Positions 1-12,568 of a DNA stretch of 64,000 nt are shown piece after piece. The stretch is from Nemertoderma westbladi. Lineage: Eukaryota > Animalia > Xenacoelomorpha. The position numbers were made by a program, and so were the translations under genes. Numbering within the stretch: position 1 is the stretch's first letter; the number at the start of each line of letters is the position of its first letter. The stretch is taken from assembly GCA_032718475.1 (NCBI GenBank), contig JAUCBJ010001489.1, positions 1-64,000 of the forward strand, given 5' to 3'. The notes beneath the pieces are model-generated. The model did not search any database, was not told the origin of the DNA, and saw only the letters and a list, made by a program, of their open reading frames with translations.

Positions 1-10
1 ATTGGGGCGG

Positions 11-212
11 TATGCTCTACGAGATCTGGAATTATACTTACAGATTTGGCGAAAATAATTATTTAAAATTATTTATCGAGAAAATATTTTTTTTGGGGCA
101 GTGTGTAGGATCCCACTTCTGACACCATATGCTCTATGAGTTCTGGAATTATACTTACAGATTTGGCGAAAATAATTATTTTAAATTTTTTATCGAGAAA
201 ATATTTTTTTTT
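11..212. repeat. Two direct copies of an ~85-bp unit (period ~117 bp)
   Basis: tatgctctaNgagNtctggaattatacttacagatttggcgaaaataattatt occurs at ~11 and ~128. Confidence 0.85.
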
Positions 213-1534
213 TAATTTTTAATTTTTTGAAAATTTTTTAATTTCCAAAAGGAAATAAGTGAAAAGGAGTAAATTACATAAATACGAGATAAAATGTAAC
301 AGTGATGATAACATCAAAGTCACGTATTGCAAAACTCAGAATTGCCATTGGGTTCCACAGACATAGTTTACTCGATAGTGCGATCAGTTTTGGATGCTTG
401 GTGTCGCATCACGTGTGCATTGACAGCGTCCAGTTTTCCGAAATCGTTTGTGTCATATTTCATTAGTGATCACACACCCGCTTCACCTTCATTCATTTTA
501 GGCATTATATATATTTGGGTGGGTACTTCCGTTCTACTAGATAGGTCCAATTAATTTAATTTGAGTTAAATCCTTTAATAAACGCACAATAGCGCTCAGT
601 GGTTGTGTATTCGGGTCGAACCTAATCTGTCGACCAACGCTGAAGTTGCGAAATAATCTGACAGGAGTTGAAGTTAGACCCCCACGTGAGAAGATGCGAG
701 CGATGGATGACCATAGCCAGCATGCTGCGCGCAGTTTGTATGGACGCGGTGTTTCCTCCCTAGATCCCCTGCGAGAACGTTCCGAAACGGCGCGACAACC
801 TGTTTCATTGCCGAAGCTTGCGGTTGATACACCATGGCGTGGAAGAGGAGTCAGAAGTCACCGAGGAAGAAATATAAAAGGTACCTTTTGCCGCGACCAC
901 AAAGACCCATGGAAACATGCGCAGCAAAGATGCTGCGTGAATGTGAAGCGAGGAGGGCGACCGACGCGTCGCGACAATATCTGGGGCCAGGTTTTGGGCA
1001 AGGCGCATTTTGCACCTCCAATCCCGCAAGGAAAGGGAATGGACCGTGGTAAACTATCGACTGTTATCTGAATCCCAACAAATCCTGGTTTTGCCCAAAA
1101 TCTGAAGGCGGTTCTAGATTTGCTCTAGAATGCGCAGTGGTAGGGTGGCTTTATTTGTTTCTATTTAATTTATGTTTGATTAAACCGAATTGAAAATAAT
1201 TATATTTGTAAGCTCTGGAGAATATGTAAATTGATCTAAATTAATTTTTATGTCAGAAAAGTGTTTGGATTTAAAAATCCTTATATTTTGATTTATTACA
1301 TACGTAGATTTGATTAAAGAATAGTAAATATTCAAATGTTGAAAGAAAGTTTAATTTGTATGTAATTTTGAATTCATTTGTAGTGATGATGTAGATTACA
1401 GTACGGGGAGTTCTCTAGGAACTGAAGATGTTGACATGTTGCATAGCAACCCCAATTATTTTACAAACAGTTCTCTGTGACAATTATAATTGGTGAATAC
1501 CATATCATATTATATTATCAAGTTTTGTCTAACA

Positions 1535-1600
1535 GGCTGTTAGCTCACTCAGTAGTGCGTCGGTGCACAAATCTATAGGTTAGGGGGGCGATCCTTATGA
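1535..1600 (+). mobile_element. Decayed tRNA-derived SINE head
   Basis: ggctgttagctcactcagtagtgcg resembles a tRNA 5' end and A box; gggcgatcc is a degenerate B box at plausible spacing. Confidence 0.4.
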
Positions 1601-4397
1601 AGTAATTGGAATTTTTTGTATATTATTTCAAACAAACTAATATTTGGGGGTTTGTCTTTTTGCCGTATGTGTACGTATTTGAGAGTTCCCATAGCCTACC
1701 GTAGGCTACCGTATGTGGGACGTATTTGCCCGTATTCAGGAAGCAGTACTGCAGTATGCAGTACCGGTAGTTCTGTAGTCGGTCTTGGTGTACTGGTTAC
1801 CGCTAAACGTACTGTACCACAGTCTAACAGTACTGCAGTAGGCTGGCAGACTGTGGACTGACAGACTAGTAGACTTACCTGCTACTGCTACCGGCAGACC
1901 GGTACCCTCTCAGCCACTGGCTGACTGATACGGGTACCTATCACCTGTTGACCTGGCCTATTTTGCATTTACTGATTTATATGCCTACTACTGCAGTACT
2001 CAGGTACTGTCTGACTGTCAGACTGTGCTGCCTATCTGCTCTACTCTGTCACTGTCACTTAGGGCTAGGCAGACCGGTCTACCGCCTGCCGGTACTATAA
2101 ACTGCAGAACTGTGTTTTAGGACCTCTCAGCTCTCAGCCAATCTCTATCTGCCTGGAATCTGGATATCATTCTGTCCTTATTCTGTTATTCAGTTATTAG
2201 CCTACAGGCCTATTGATTATGGATGGTGAATGCGAATGTGTCGGAATTACCAGTAACGAGTTACCCCGCCGAAAGTTGATGTACACTGGTACAATCTTAG
2301 ACATTGAATGCAAATATCAATAAAATCTCGAGTTACCCGAGTTATCGGAGTTAGGGGATACCAGTACGTTTCCATTGCCTATTGCGTTTGTTAACAACGT
2401 TAAGCCACAACCTGGCAATGATGATTCGTTAAGGTAAGTCTGTAACTGTAAGTCAGTAAGTAGGCCTATAGACAGATAGATACAGAGTTAGACCTACTGG
2501 CTCAACCGTCGACACTCTACCTATCTCTGTATCTGCCTATATCTTGCTTATCATTAAGGGGGGTGTTGTCGGATTTTGACATAATTTAGAAAATGATACT
2601 ACATATTTATATTAAAAGTTGACAAACCACAATTTTTATATTTGAAAAAACAATTTTAAAATTTTTTTAAATTTTAATTGAATTTTTTTTTAATTTGATA
2701 TAATTTAATTTTTTAAAATTTTAAAATTTAAAAATTGTTGAAATCCCAAGTTGACGTTTTCATTCTAAATTAATTATTAATATAAATGTTTTTGTTTGCC
2801 CAATAGTGATATGAACTCGCCGTGACTTGCCCCTTAAATCAGAGTATGATGCTTGAATATAACGGCACCCCTGTCAGTCCCAATTTTAAAGGCGTTTGCG
2901 GTCTCCTTTTATTTTAAGAAATGAGATAAGAAATGGTTTTTAAATTTTTTCAAAATTCCGACAACTCCCCCCACCCAGTATTGGGGTGAAGTTGCATTTC
3001 CAATTAACGGACAAATGAATAGGAAACCTGGGTTTCTTTACACCCATTTTAATTACCTTTGTCTGTTTGTAGCGATCGCCATTTGGAGAGTCCCAAGGAG
3101 GTGAAGGTTTCTGGGGCTGCAATTGAGATGCTCTCCGATGCTGATTTGAAATCTCTAAATGTCAATGGAATTAAAATACAAATCGAGTAGGCAGCTAGTT
3201 GGGAAGTGATCGAAATAATTATTGATATACTGTTTGTTTAATGTAAAGTATTTTATAAGTAACTACTGTAACTGACTCATTTACAAGTAACTAACTGACT
3301 CATTATAAGCAACTAACTGGCTCATTGCCATTGTTTGAACTGTCTTATTAATTGTTCTGTAGTTTTTCATATTTGAAATATTATTACTATATCATTACTC
3401 TTAATCGCGCTAAAATTGTTATATCCTGTTCTGTAGTAGATCACATAGATAGGACAGCTTTGGGTTCAATGAAAAACGCATGAAGTTTGGTAAATGATTT
3501 ATTTTTTTGTGCTTAATATAAAACTTTTTGAAATGATCCTAAATCTTTTAAGACGAATAGCAATTTATTTTAAATATATTCGTAGAACATAGAACATACG
3601 TTCTGTTTTTAATTGGTTATTATTATTGTTATTTATGTACAGTACATGTGTCAAAAGTATGTATATCGATCGATAACTTTGTTCTAAATAAAACAATGAA
3701 TATGCCCTGCCCAGGTACGATTTTGAAATATGCGTAGGAATATTCTGTTTAATATACTGTATATTGATCACAGCCCCCCCCCCCCCACCCCCCCCAAAAA
3801 AAAAAATTATCTAGATGGGGGGGGGGGGGGGGGGATACTATGAAATTGTAATTAGAAATTATTCCAAGCTTGAAATATGAACTCAGTTGATTAACGCATT
3901 GGCTAATTGGCACCTTCGTCGTCGACTTATCTCATTCTTTGTTTGGCATACTTGCCAAACAACTGGCATACATTGCCTATTATAGTTGGGAACCAGTCCA
4001 ATCATCTCACCAGTACTAGGCAACGTGTAGGCATACCCATACGGGCCTAGTAGTCAGTAACAAATTAGTCAGTCAGAATCCGAGTTGTATGGCCCGATTA
4101 GGTCGGCGTACCTGTCAGTATTCCAACTCAAACTTGCAAAGCTCTTCTCACTATTTCTTCAGTGGCTGGGTCAATCAATGTAGGAAGGGCATCGTACAGC
4201 CGAAGACATACACTGTAATTAGGTTTTCATACTTTCACCACGAAAAATTCGCGTCTCAGTTTGCCTAATACCTTTCATGGTATTTTGCACGATTTAAATT
4301 CGGTGAAGAACCATTAAAATATCATGGTTAAAGTGCCATTTCACCATGAAATTTTCACGGTATAATACAATGCTTATCATACTGCCGAAGAAACTTC

Positions 4398-4580
4398 CAT
4401 GAATATTTCATTTGCATTGGACATGAAAATGTCATGTTGAAATAACATTTTACCATGAATATTTCATTTGCATTGGACATGAAAATTTCATGGTGAAATA
4501 ATATTTTACCATGAATATTTCATTTGCATTGGACATGAAAATTTAATGGTGAAATAATATTTTACCATGAATATTTAATG
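4398..4580. repeat. Tandem repeat, ~56-bp unit, ~3.3 copies
   Basis: ccatgaatatttcatttgcattggacatgaaaatttcatggtgaaataatatttta repeated; degenerate copies on both sides. Confidence 0.9.
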
Positions 4581-4760
4581 TTCTACAACCACGAAAATTT
4601 CAAGGTCAAATAGGCCTACAATGTTTTGTACTTTCATAGATCGTCCAGGGAATATTTAATGCTCATGAATATTTTAAGTTCAAACAAATTTTATCATGAA
4701 AATTTTAATATTAATAATTAATAATATTGTGATATATATAATAATAATTAATAATAATAA

Positions 4761-6033
4761 CACTTATCCATTATACCTGAGAGAGATGTCAGCACCCCTC
4801 ACTTACACTGTGGTTCCGGATTTAAGATAACACTATATGACACAGGCGGCAAGGATGAGATAATTACGGGGAACTATCGCCCGAGAAACATAGAGAATAT
4901 AGTCTCCTACCGACTGGTCAGGTCTGGTGGTGTCACTCTGGAAAGTCAGGAGATAAAATCTCTAACTATAAATAAGAAAATCAGCGCCCTATCAAAGTTT
5001 GAAGTCTTCGATATGTTGTTCGAGTTAGCTTATTTCTGCCGAGTGGTAGATTATCAAATACCATCAGAAGCACTCCATTTAAAAGGGGCAGTACGTAGAC
5101 TCTATCTCAAGAACATGGCAAAGTTCTGCAACCATTACGGCGATCTGAAGGGTCAACCCGGAATCAACAATAACTGCATAGTGAACGCTGCCTGTTCAAT
5201 GAACAAAATATCGTTAAGCCACAATATCCAGGTAGAAGACAGCATACTCACATTTGAAATGTCCGTTGAAAACAACTTATCATTGAAGAGGAAAGTAAAT
5301 GGGTTCACTATATATGAGCCTAGCCCAAAGCTCCAAAGTAGCTACAGAACTTATAGTTCGACGGACGTATTTAGCGACTTGTCAGAAGGTGAAATTATCA
5401 CTTTGAAGACTGTAGGAAGATGGCTCACAGGAACCGAGTGTAATGATAGAAGTTTGATATTCGACTATTACCACAAGTCTAATAATATAGACGACAAAGA
5501 TGCTAAGGAGCACTATGGAATCAACAATTGGCATATAATCCGATGGGTAAAGGAGGCTGCAAAGATAGTTGCAGTAGGAAATCCAAAAGGATCAGAGATC
5601 AGAGACGAGTTCAGTCCCGTTATGGCGGTATACTATGTTATTAGCTTCAATTCCCTTAACAAGAGAGGATTACCGCAAGTTGTTAGGAGATGTGAGCCAC
5701 TATGTGTTGCCCACATGGTACTATATTAAGGAATGCACCTTCCACATAGGCCAACCAACCCCGGTATTCTCAATGATAGGAGTAAATTCACTATTGGTGT
5801 GCGGAGAGATGATGTTACCTATAGCGGATAAACCCTTTCTAGACAAATATGTTTTTGTTCGTAATACTATTGAAGTAGGGATGTCTACTACAACCTTGAT
5901 GAATAAAAACCTAGAGACGGGAATAGTAACTATCAAGGATAAGAACTACGTATTTAGAAAGCGGCATCAGAACAAACATACAATGGAGGCTAATATTGCC
6001 ACCACTACTTATCTAGTAGTGTTAGTAGTATAG
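4761..6033 (+). pseudogene. Intronless orphan ORF with one probable frameshift (~5635); candidate viral-derived fragment
   Basis: Frame is stop-free from 4761 to 5729 (extends upstream of the listed Met at 5013) and overlaps ORF 5635-6033; no TE motif recognised. Confidence 0.45.
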
Positions 6034-6145
6034 GTATATACTACTGGTATATAGTAATATACTTATCTGCAGTCTACATAATTATATCAGGTCCAACCTA
6101 AAGGGAAAACCAATTACTCAATTTGATGCTCTTTTAAATTTTGTC

Positions 6146-6706
6146 ATGGAGCAGAACCCATCTGCCTCATCTTTGAAAGTTGGTAAAATTCTTAGAACAT
6201 TCTTAATAAAGTACAGAGCTAAGTGGCAATCAGCATGTCGAATCCTGTCTAAATTCGAAACTAAAAATTATGCATGGCTTCATTCGACCTTTGTAGCTGA
6301 AGGTGATTGTTTACCATCGTCAGTTACACCTCAGCAACAACAACATCAGCCAGATCATATGAGTGTTGAGGCGGGAGAAAGTAATTATTTTTCTCGCAAA
6401 AATAAATCAGATAGAAGAACAATAGACTTTGGGGAAGCTTCAGATTGTACGAAACGCAGATAAGTACAGGAAATAACATCAGAATTTAAAACTCCTGCTC
6501 TTGTCGCAGCAACTGCAGCTTCCTTGAAAGCTGAAGATAGAAAACGTACATCTGAAATAATCAAGCATGTTTCTACCGAGCCCGAATCATCTGTAGTATA
6601 TTCTGATGATGAAGCTCTTGCACTAATGCTCGATGGAAAATTAAGTAAATCAATGTACCAGATAATCAGAAACAAAGCATGTTCTAAGGGTGTCAACATC
6701 TACCCA
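6146..6706 (+). pseudogene. Transib-like transposase N-terminal fragment
   Basis: FGEASDCTKRR*...YSDDEALALMLDGKLSKSMYQIIRNKACSKGVNIYP matches the Transib N-terminal pattern (F.E.S.R.KRR...EALAL..D..LSK.QY..IR......IYP); internal stop. Confidence 0.7.
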
Positions 6707-8104
6707 GGACTTCTGAAGCTAAACTGGTTTTCAAGGTCACAGACATATTCGGAATGGATGTAGGCCTAATCGATAATCCAGAACCAGAAATCGACAACAG
6801 TTCGGACTCAAACAATTCCCAAGAACTCGAACTAACTCAGATTGAGAGTAATGCAGGAAGTTTTGTGGACACCAGTGACGGTCAGATTTTAAAAGGCAAA
6901 TTCATGAATACGACCACCGACAGAACCGGTAGTCCAGCCAGTAGCGATAACGCAAGGTAACAATCATTTTTTACAAATTTTTTACATTTTTCAAAATTTC
7001 AAAAAAAAAGGTTTAGGCCTACCAAGCTTCAAGCTAGTGTTCTCCAGAGGTTTTTTGGCCTTCTGGAGCTTCTGGACATATTAAGGATATGTATGGTAGG
7101 CTGGGGTTGTATGGCCATTTTTTCAACTTTTTTTAATCCCACAGGAGCACAGTTACGTAAAACCATCATGGCCACCCCTAGGAAGAAACCTACACATCTC
7201 AGCTATATATTAAACTTTTGAAAACCATGGTAATTTTCGATTTCAGGTCCCCGGAGGGGATTTTTTTAAAAAGAATCTGGAGTGGCCACTGCCACTGGCC
7301 ATACCACCTCAGGGCGGGGTGGTATGGCCACCAATATTGTATAAATTTCAAATGCCTTAGCACCCCTCTCATGGGGTTGTAAGGCCATTGGAATGACTTT
7401 TAAAAAAATCACAATGAAATTCTGTCCTAGAAACAGCCATTTTTTTTTTCAAATATCAGACAATAACTGAACTACAAGTTGTTATAAAATAGCCCACCAG
7501 AAATTTCAAAAGTTTTCACCACAGGTTTGAAAATCACCCGGTTTGACCTTTTTTAAAGGTGACAGAAAACACCCGATTCTACAAGATTTAACTCGTATTA
7601 TCTGTTATTTTCATTATTTATGTATTTAGAAAGTTGTTTGTAGGTAGTAAATATGGGTAATAATATGGGTAAGGTAGTTTGTAGGTATTAGTATTACCAG
7701 ATTACCAGTAATAGCCATTTTTGGATATAAAACCATTGAGTCAACCTGCAGACCTAGAGGTAGAGCATGAATAAAAATTATGATATCAATGTAGAATCTG
7801 ACAATTATAAATTGTGGAATAACTAACAATTAGAGAAGGTGGAATAATACACCTATATTGTATCACAAAATAATATAGAATATATGGGTTTCAGAGATCT
7901 GGAGTTAAATATACTGACAAAGTAAAGTAGCCTTTAACAGTATTAATGGGCTGTCCCTATCAGTTGTTATTGTGGCCATACCACCCCAACGTCTAAATTT
8001 GGCGGAGTGGTATGGCCATGATTTTTTGAGGGTAAATAACTCATCTAAAAGTTAACGAAATCGAATAAATTAAATTATTAATTAATTATAATTTAATAAA
8101 CATA

Positions 8105-10825
8105 CTTACTCTGGGAATCCAAGAGTGTCGCAATAGTGTACTCCTCCTTCAGCTCTATGTCGACAACATGTTTGCGGCTGTCTCCTCCACAGAAGTACCG
8201 ATGCATCTGATGCAATAATGCATGCTTCAGTTTAACTGCTACTCCGCTCATTAAACACCTAAAATGGAGCATTGCATTGGGTATAATAGGCCACGCCGAA
8301 GCACTAAACTTGTTTTACATTGATAATCATAATTGTGATAAAACGTCCAACTTCTACTAACACTTACTTGACAAATGGTATGACTTCGGAGATACACGCA
8401 TCTTCAGATTCCGATCGTGCAGTAATCTCGGCGAATCGAATGGTTTAAGAATGATAGCAATCTATAAAATATAAAAAAACGATAGGAAATAAGATGAGGT
8501 ATGGTATATAAAGCAATTCTATTCAATTTATATACGTTTAACTGTATTGTATTTATGGTATGTATTGTATTGTGTTCTATTGTATTATATTGTATTGTGA
8601 TATGTATCTATTTTATTATGGTCTATGAAAGTATGATATGATATAGAAAATAGTCTACAAAATATTATAAATTTACATAGAATGAAATAAAAAATATAAA
8701 TGCAATTGAATTAGGTCTAGTAGTAATAATATAATATAATATATTGGAAATAAATAATATAAATGGACTAATAAATAAATAATAGTAATAAATTATAAAT
8801 TAGTAATATGGGTAACAAATAATATATAACTAAACTAACCTGTTTAAGTAGATCCATTTCCCTTGAATTTAAAGAGTTCCTATCTCCTTCCCCGATTTCT
8901 ATGAGTGCTCGTACAATTGGGTGTTTCTCGTCAAGGAAACACTCTTATCATGAGGAACGTGGAGCTCCATCGCATCGGTGAGTCCGTGCATAGCACTCGT
9001 TCAGGATGGTTCTCAACTTTCTGGGCCTCTCTTAACGCATCCATCGCTTTAGGACTATGGTGGAAGAATGCTGCTATCTTGCGAACTTTATCGATACAAC
9101 TGGAGATGTCAGTTAGGTTCTTTATAGCATTTGTAACAACCAAATGCAAAGTGTGGGCAAAACACCCGACATGAGACCAATTGTTCTCAGTCATAGCCAA
9201 CACCATATTTGAGGCGTTATCTCTAAACATCAGGTGCAACTTTTGATCCTCTCCACCAGCTAGACCCCACATACCTAGAATATTCTTTAATACCGCAGCA
9301 ATATTGCGGGCATTATGAGACCCTGGGAATGGTTGGTAATCGAGTACGACACTCTTCCTAACTCAAGCGCTATTTATGAAGTGTATAATTAGGCTAATAT
9401 AGCTATCCTGGCGCGCAGAAGACCATATATCGGTTGTGGCAGTGAAACACTTAACTTCTTTATCTAGGATTATTTTAAGTTTACCGGCTACTCTTTTAAA
9501 TGCGTCTGGTATTAGAACAGTTTGAATATGTGTATTGCTTGGGAGAGTGTATCGTGGATTTAATGTATTAATAAAGACACCGAATCGTTTGTTGTTAATA
9601 AGGTGATATGGAAGCATACCATTGCAGATCCATTAGATTAGCTGACTGTGGTGTACTTGGATTTCGGAACAAACTCTGATAGGGTTGTCTGACGCAACGG
9701 CACAGCTGTAGATAAGGAACACGCGGATGAAACTTCCACCATATCAGACACAAGACTCTCAGTCTCAGACACAAGACTATATATTGAACCTTCTTTGGCC
9801 TTCTTGAGATCTTGTTCCTTATCTAGTGCAACCTGCAGGGCTTTCACTTCCTTGAATGATGATATGTGGTGGGACTCTAAATGGCGATACAGGGGACCAT
9901 TTCCGAACGATCTGAATTTACCACCGGTTTTTCCTCTTGACACCTTAATTCCACACCCCCCGACCATACATATTGCCTTCGACTTATCCGTTGAATAAAT
10001 CGAATAATATCCCCAAATGGGCGACGAATCTACATTACGACGTTTACGAGAGGAAGAGGCAGACTCCGCTAACATCAGAAGGCCTCGTGGTGGAGGTGGT
10101 TGTGGCGGAGGGCCTAGTTGCAGCGACGACGACTGTACCGTTATCACTCACATTCCCTTCGTCATCGTCACTACTGTCCGAGGGTGATTCCGATGGCACG
10201 TACACATCTTCACCATCTGATATACCGGAAATGGTACGGTCGGAAATACTAGCGTTTCCGGCACTGGTACAGGATGTACCAGCCGAACAAGATCGAATCC
10301 GGAAACCTCTACCAGAGCCCAACTCCACCATTAGGCCAACAGCTATAATAAGCTGTACTATAAAGTTCATAAAGCGGAAACACGTCATCCAGTTAATTAA
10401 TATACCGGCACAAAGTTCGAAGTTTCTGAGTTTATAATAACTATTTCTGCTACTATTTAGTACTATTACTGTACTGCTGTATAACAGTATAAATGCTGTA
10501 ATCCTGTAATCATGTAATGCAGTATGTCCGATTGTAGGCCTATTGTATTAAGTTTAACTAATGATTGAATGAAGTAGAGCCACTGACAGACTGCCATGCT
10601 GCCGTGCCAATAGACGTTGGTCAGTTCACAGTCAGCTAACTCTGTATCTGGATGTACAGATGTAAGCCTGCCTTCTGGCCTTGCCAATTCATGCAGCTAT
10701 GCATTGTGCAGCACAGTACTTTTTGCCGGAGCTCCAGCACCTAATTCGAACAGAGCCAGACTGGAGCCGGACATGCCAACTCCGGCCAGAGCCGGAGCCA
10801 GAGCCGGAGCTCCGGCCGAACCCTA
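8105..10825 (-). mobile_element. Degenerate hAT DNA transposon: BED zinc finger transposase with an intron and one TIR
   Basis: BED finger SPIWGYY...C..GC...LYRHLESHH; TTDIWSS; RDNASNM; CFAHTLHLVV; DSPMRWSSTFLM; LKPF...ACISEVIP; IATLLD; terminus TAGGGTTCGGCCGGAGC at 10825 with ccggctc subterminal repeats; GT-AG intron 8462-8839; stops and frameshifts. Confidence 0.9.
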
Positions 10826-10849
10826 ATAATAAATAAACATTGATAATAT

Positions 10850-11010
10850 AATTCGCAATATAAAAAATTCAAAATTATATGGTATTATTCAGAAATCGTT
10901 CATACTCATACGTCAATCAGCCTAAAAAAACAGCTTCAAATAATCAATTTACAAAGTTGAAATAATTTAAAATTTGAGGCTGGCACCAAAATTTGGCACC
11001 CACCGCTAAA
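10850..11010 (-). repeat. Fragment related to the internal repeat of the piggyBac-like element at 58161-59732
   Basis: gctggcaccaaaatttggcaccca is the reverse complement of tgggtgccaaattttggtgccagc at ~58507. Confidence 0.6.
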
Positions 11011-12266
11011 AACAAGATTAAAATTTCTAGCTTATTTTATATGAATTCCTTTTAGTTAGTTTCAGTTAGTCTTTTAGTTAGTAGCTTTAGTTTCAGAGAG
11101 GGGGAGGTTTTATATTGAATGTTATAGTGAATTCAATATAACCACTACACCAAGGTGTGCTCTGAACAGAGGTGGAACAAATGTCAGATACCGTCAGATC
11201 AGATCAGATAAGGACAGACGTTTTAGCCATCCTACTTCCAATACATAAATTTGGCTATAAAACTTGAGCAAGCACATAATCACAGAACAAGAACACAACA
11301 CAACCCACAAATTTAACAGGGTTTTAATCATTGATTTATCCTACAGCCAGTCGAAACGGCACTACTATTGTATATGTTATGTAGTGTACCCATAAAAGAG
11401 TTTTTGCTACTATACTAGCTAAGATACAATACAGATACAGTACATATTTTAATTAGGCAACCAAAGTTTACTCAAAAAACATAAAAAATTAACAAAGCAC
11501 ATACTTTCTGCACCAAATAATTTACTCATTGACCAAATCACATACAAGCGGACCAAAAAAATAAATCTGGCCAAAGAAATAACAAATACATATAAATATA
11601 CAATAAAAATACATATACTACATAAAATATACTATATAAATCAAACAGCAATAGTCAGATATATTATATTTATTTCCATAGAGTCGGCTTTTTATTTATA
11701 TTTTTGGGACATGGGTCCAAAGAGCCTTTCTGACAACTTTCTCTTAGTGATTTCGCTAAGCATTCGAGGTCGATTGATGGGTTTTTACCCAGCGGAAGGA
11801 GCGTTGGAAGCTCAGTTGAAAAGTTACCTAATTACTTGCCAAAATTGTGTACTGAGTTGTATTCCCAATAATCTCCTTTCTCGATTCCATACGTTTTAGG
11901 AATAGAGTCGTTAGTTCCCAAAGCTCTCTCAAAGACACTATTTACTGTAGCTGCTAGACAAATCGAAAATAATTTAAGTTTCCAATGACTTTCCAATATC
12001 TCTTGCCAATTGGTTAGTTCCAGCCTTGAGAGCGCTTCCCTCATGTTTCTCTCCAAGATGATTTTCGACAATTCCTCTATTGAGTATTGGAAAAAACGGA
12101 ACATAATACACGGCGAGGCTATGGATCTTGCATCTTTCTGTCCTCTCTCCAATTGTTTAATGGAGGTTGATAAAGTTCTATCCTGGCCCAGAGTTGCTCC
12201 TGTGAGAACTCTTTCTGAACTGTGCCGAACTGACCTTTCTGACGTGCCTTTCTGAACTATACAGTA

Positions 12267-12568
12267 GTTAATTCGTCACCTGATGCTAACTTTTCTCTTG
12301 ATGTTGGTACCGGCAGACATGGCTCCTATTATCTCTAATCGTTGCAAATTTGTTGCATATATGATCCATTCCACAGGAAATGACTGACAAACAACTAATA
12401 CCGGTACATAATGTAACTGGCATTTGGTTCAAACAAATGCCAGTTACATTATGTATTAGTTGTTTGTTAGTCATGTTGCGTCGTTATGGCAAACCCGCCA
12501 TCCATAAAGTGTAAAGTTAAATGAGTAAATCTAAATAATAACAAAATGTCCGTTAAATAAGTTACAAA
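12267..12568 (+). repeat. Dispersed ~300-bp repeat with a long internal hairpin (copy 1)
   Basis: Near-identical to 42908-43208; palindrome at 12380-12474. Confidence 0.9.

Noticed and set aside
590-1100. GC-rich island with several overlapping ORFs and weak A/B-box-like motifs
   Set aside because: No recognisable protein motif in any frame; box spacing too short for a tRNA-like call
3774-3835. Poly-C and poly-G tracts in inverted arrangement
   Set aside because: Such homopolymers recur throughout the window; no specific function can be supported
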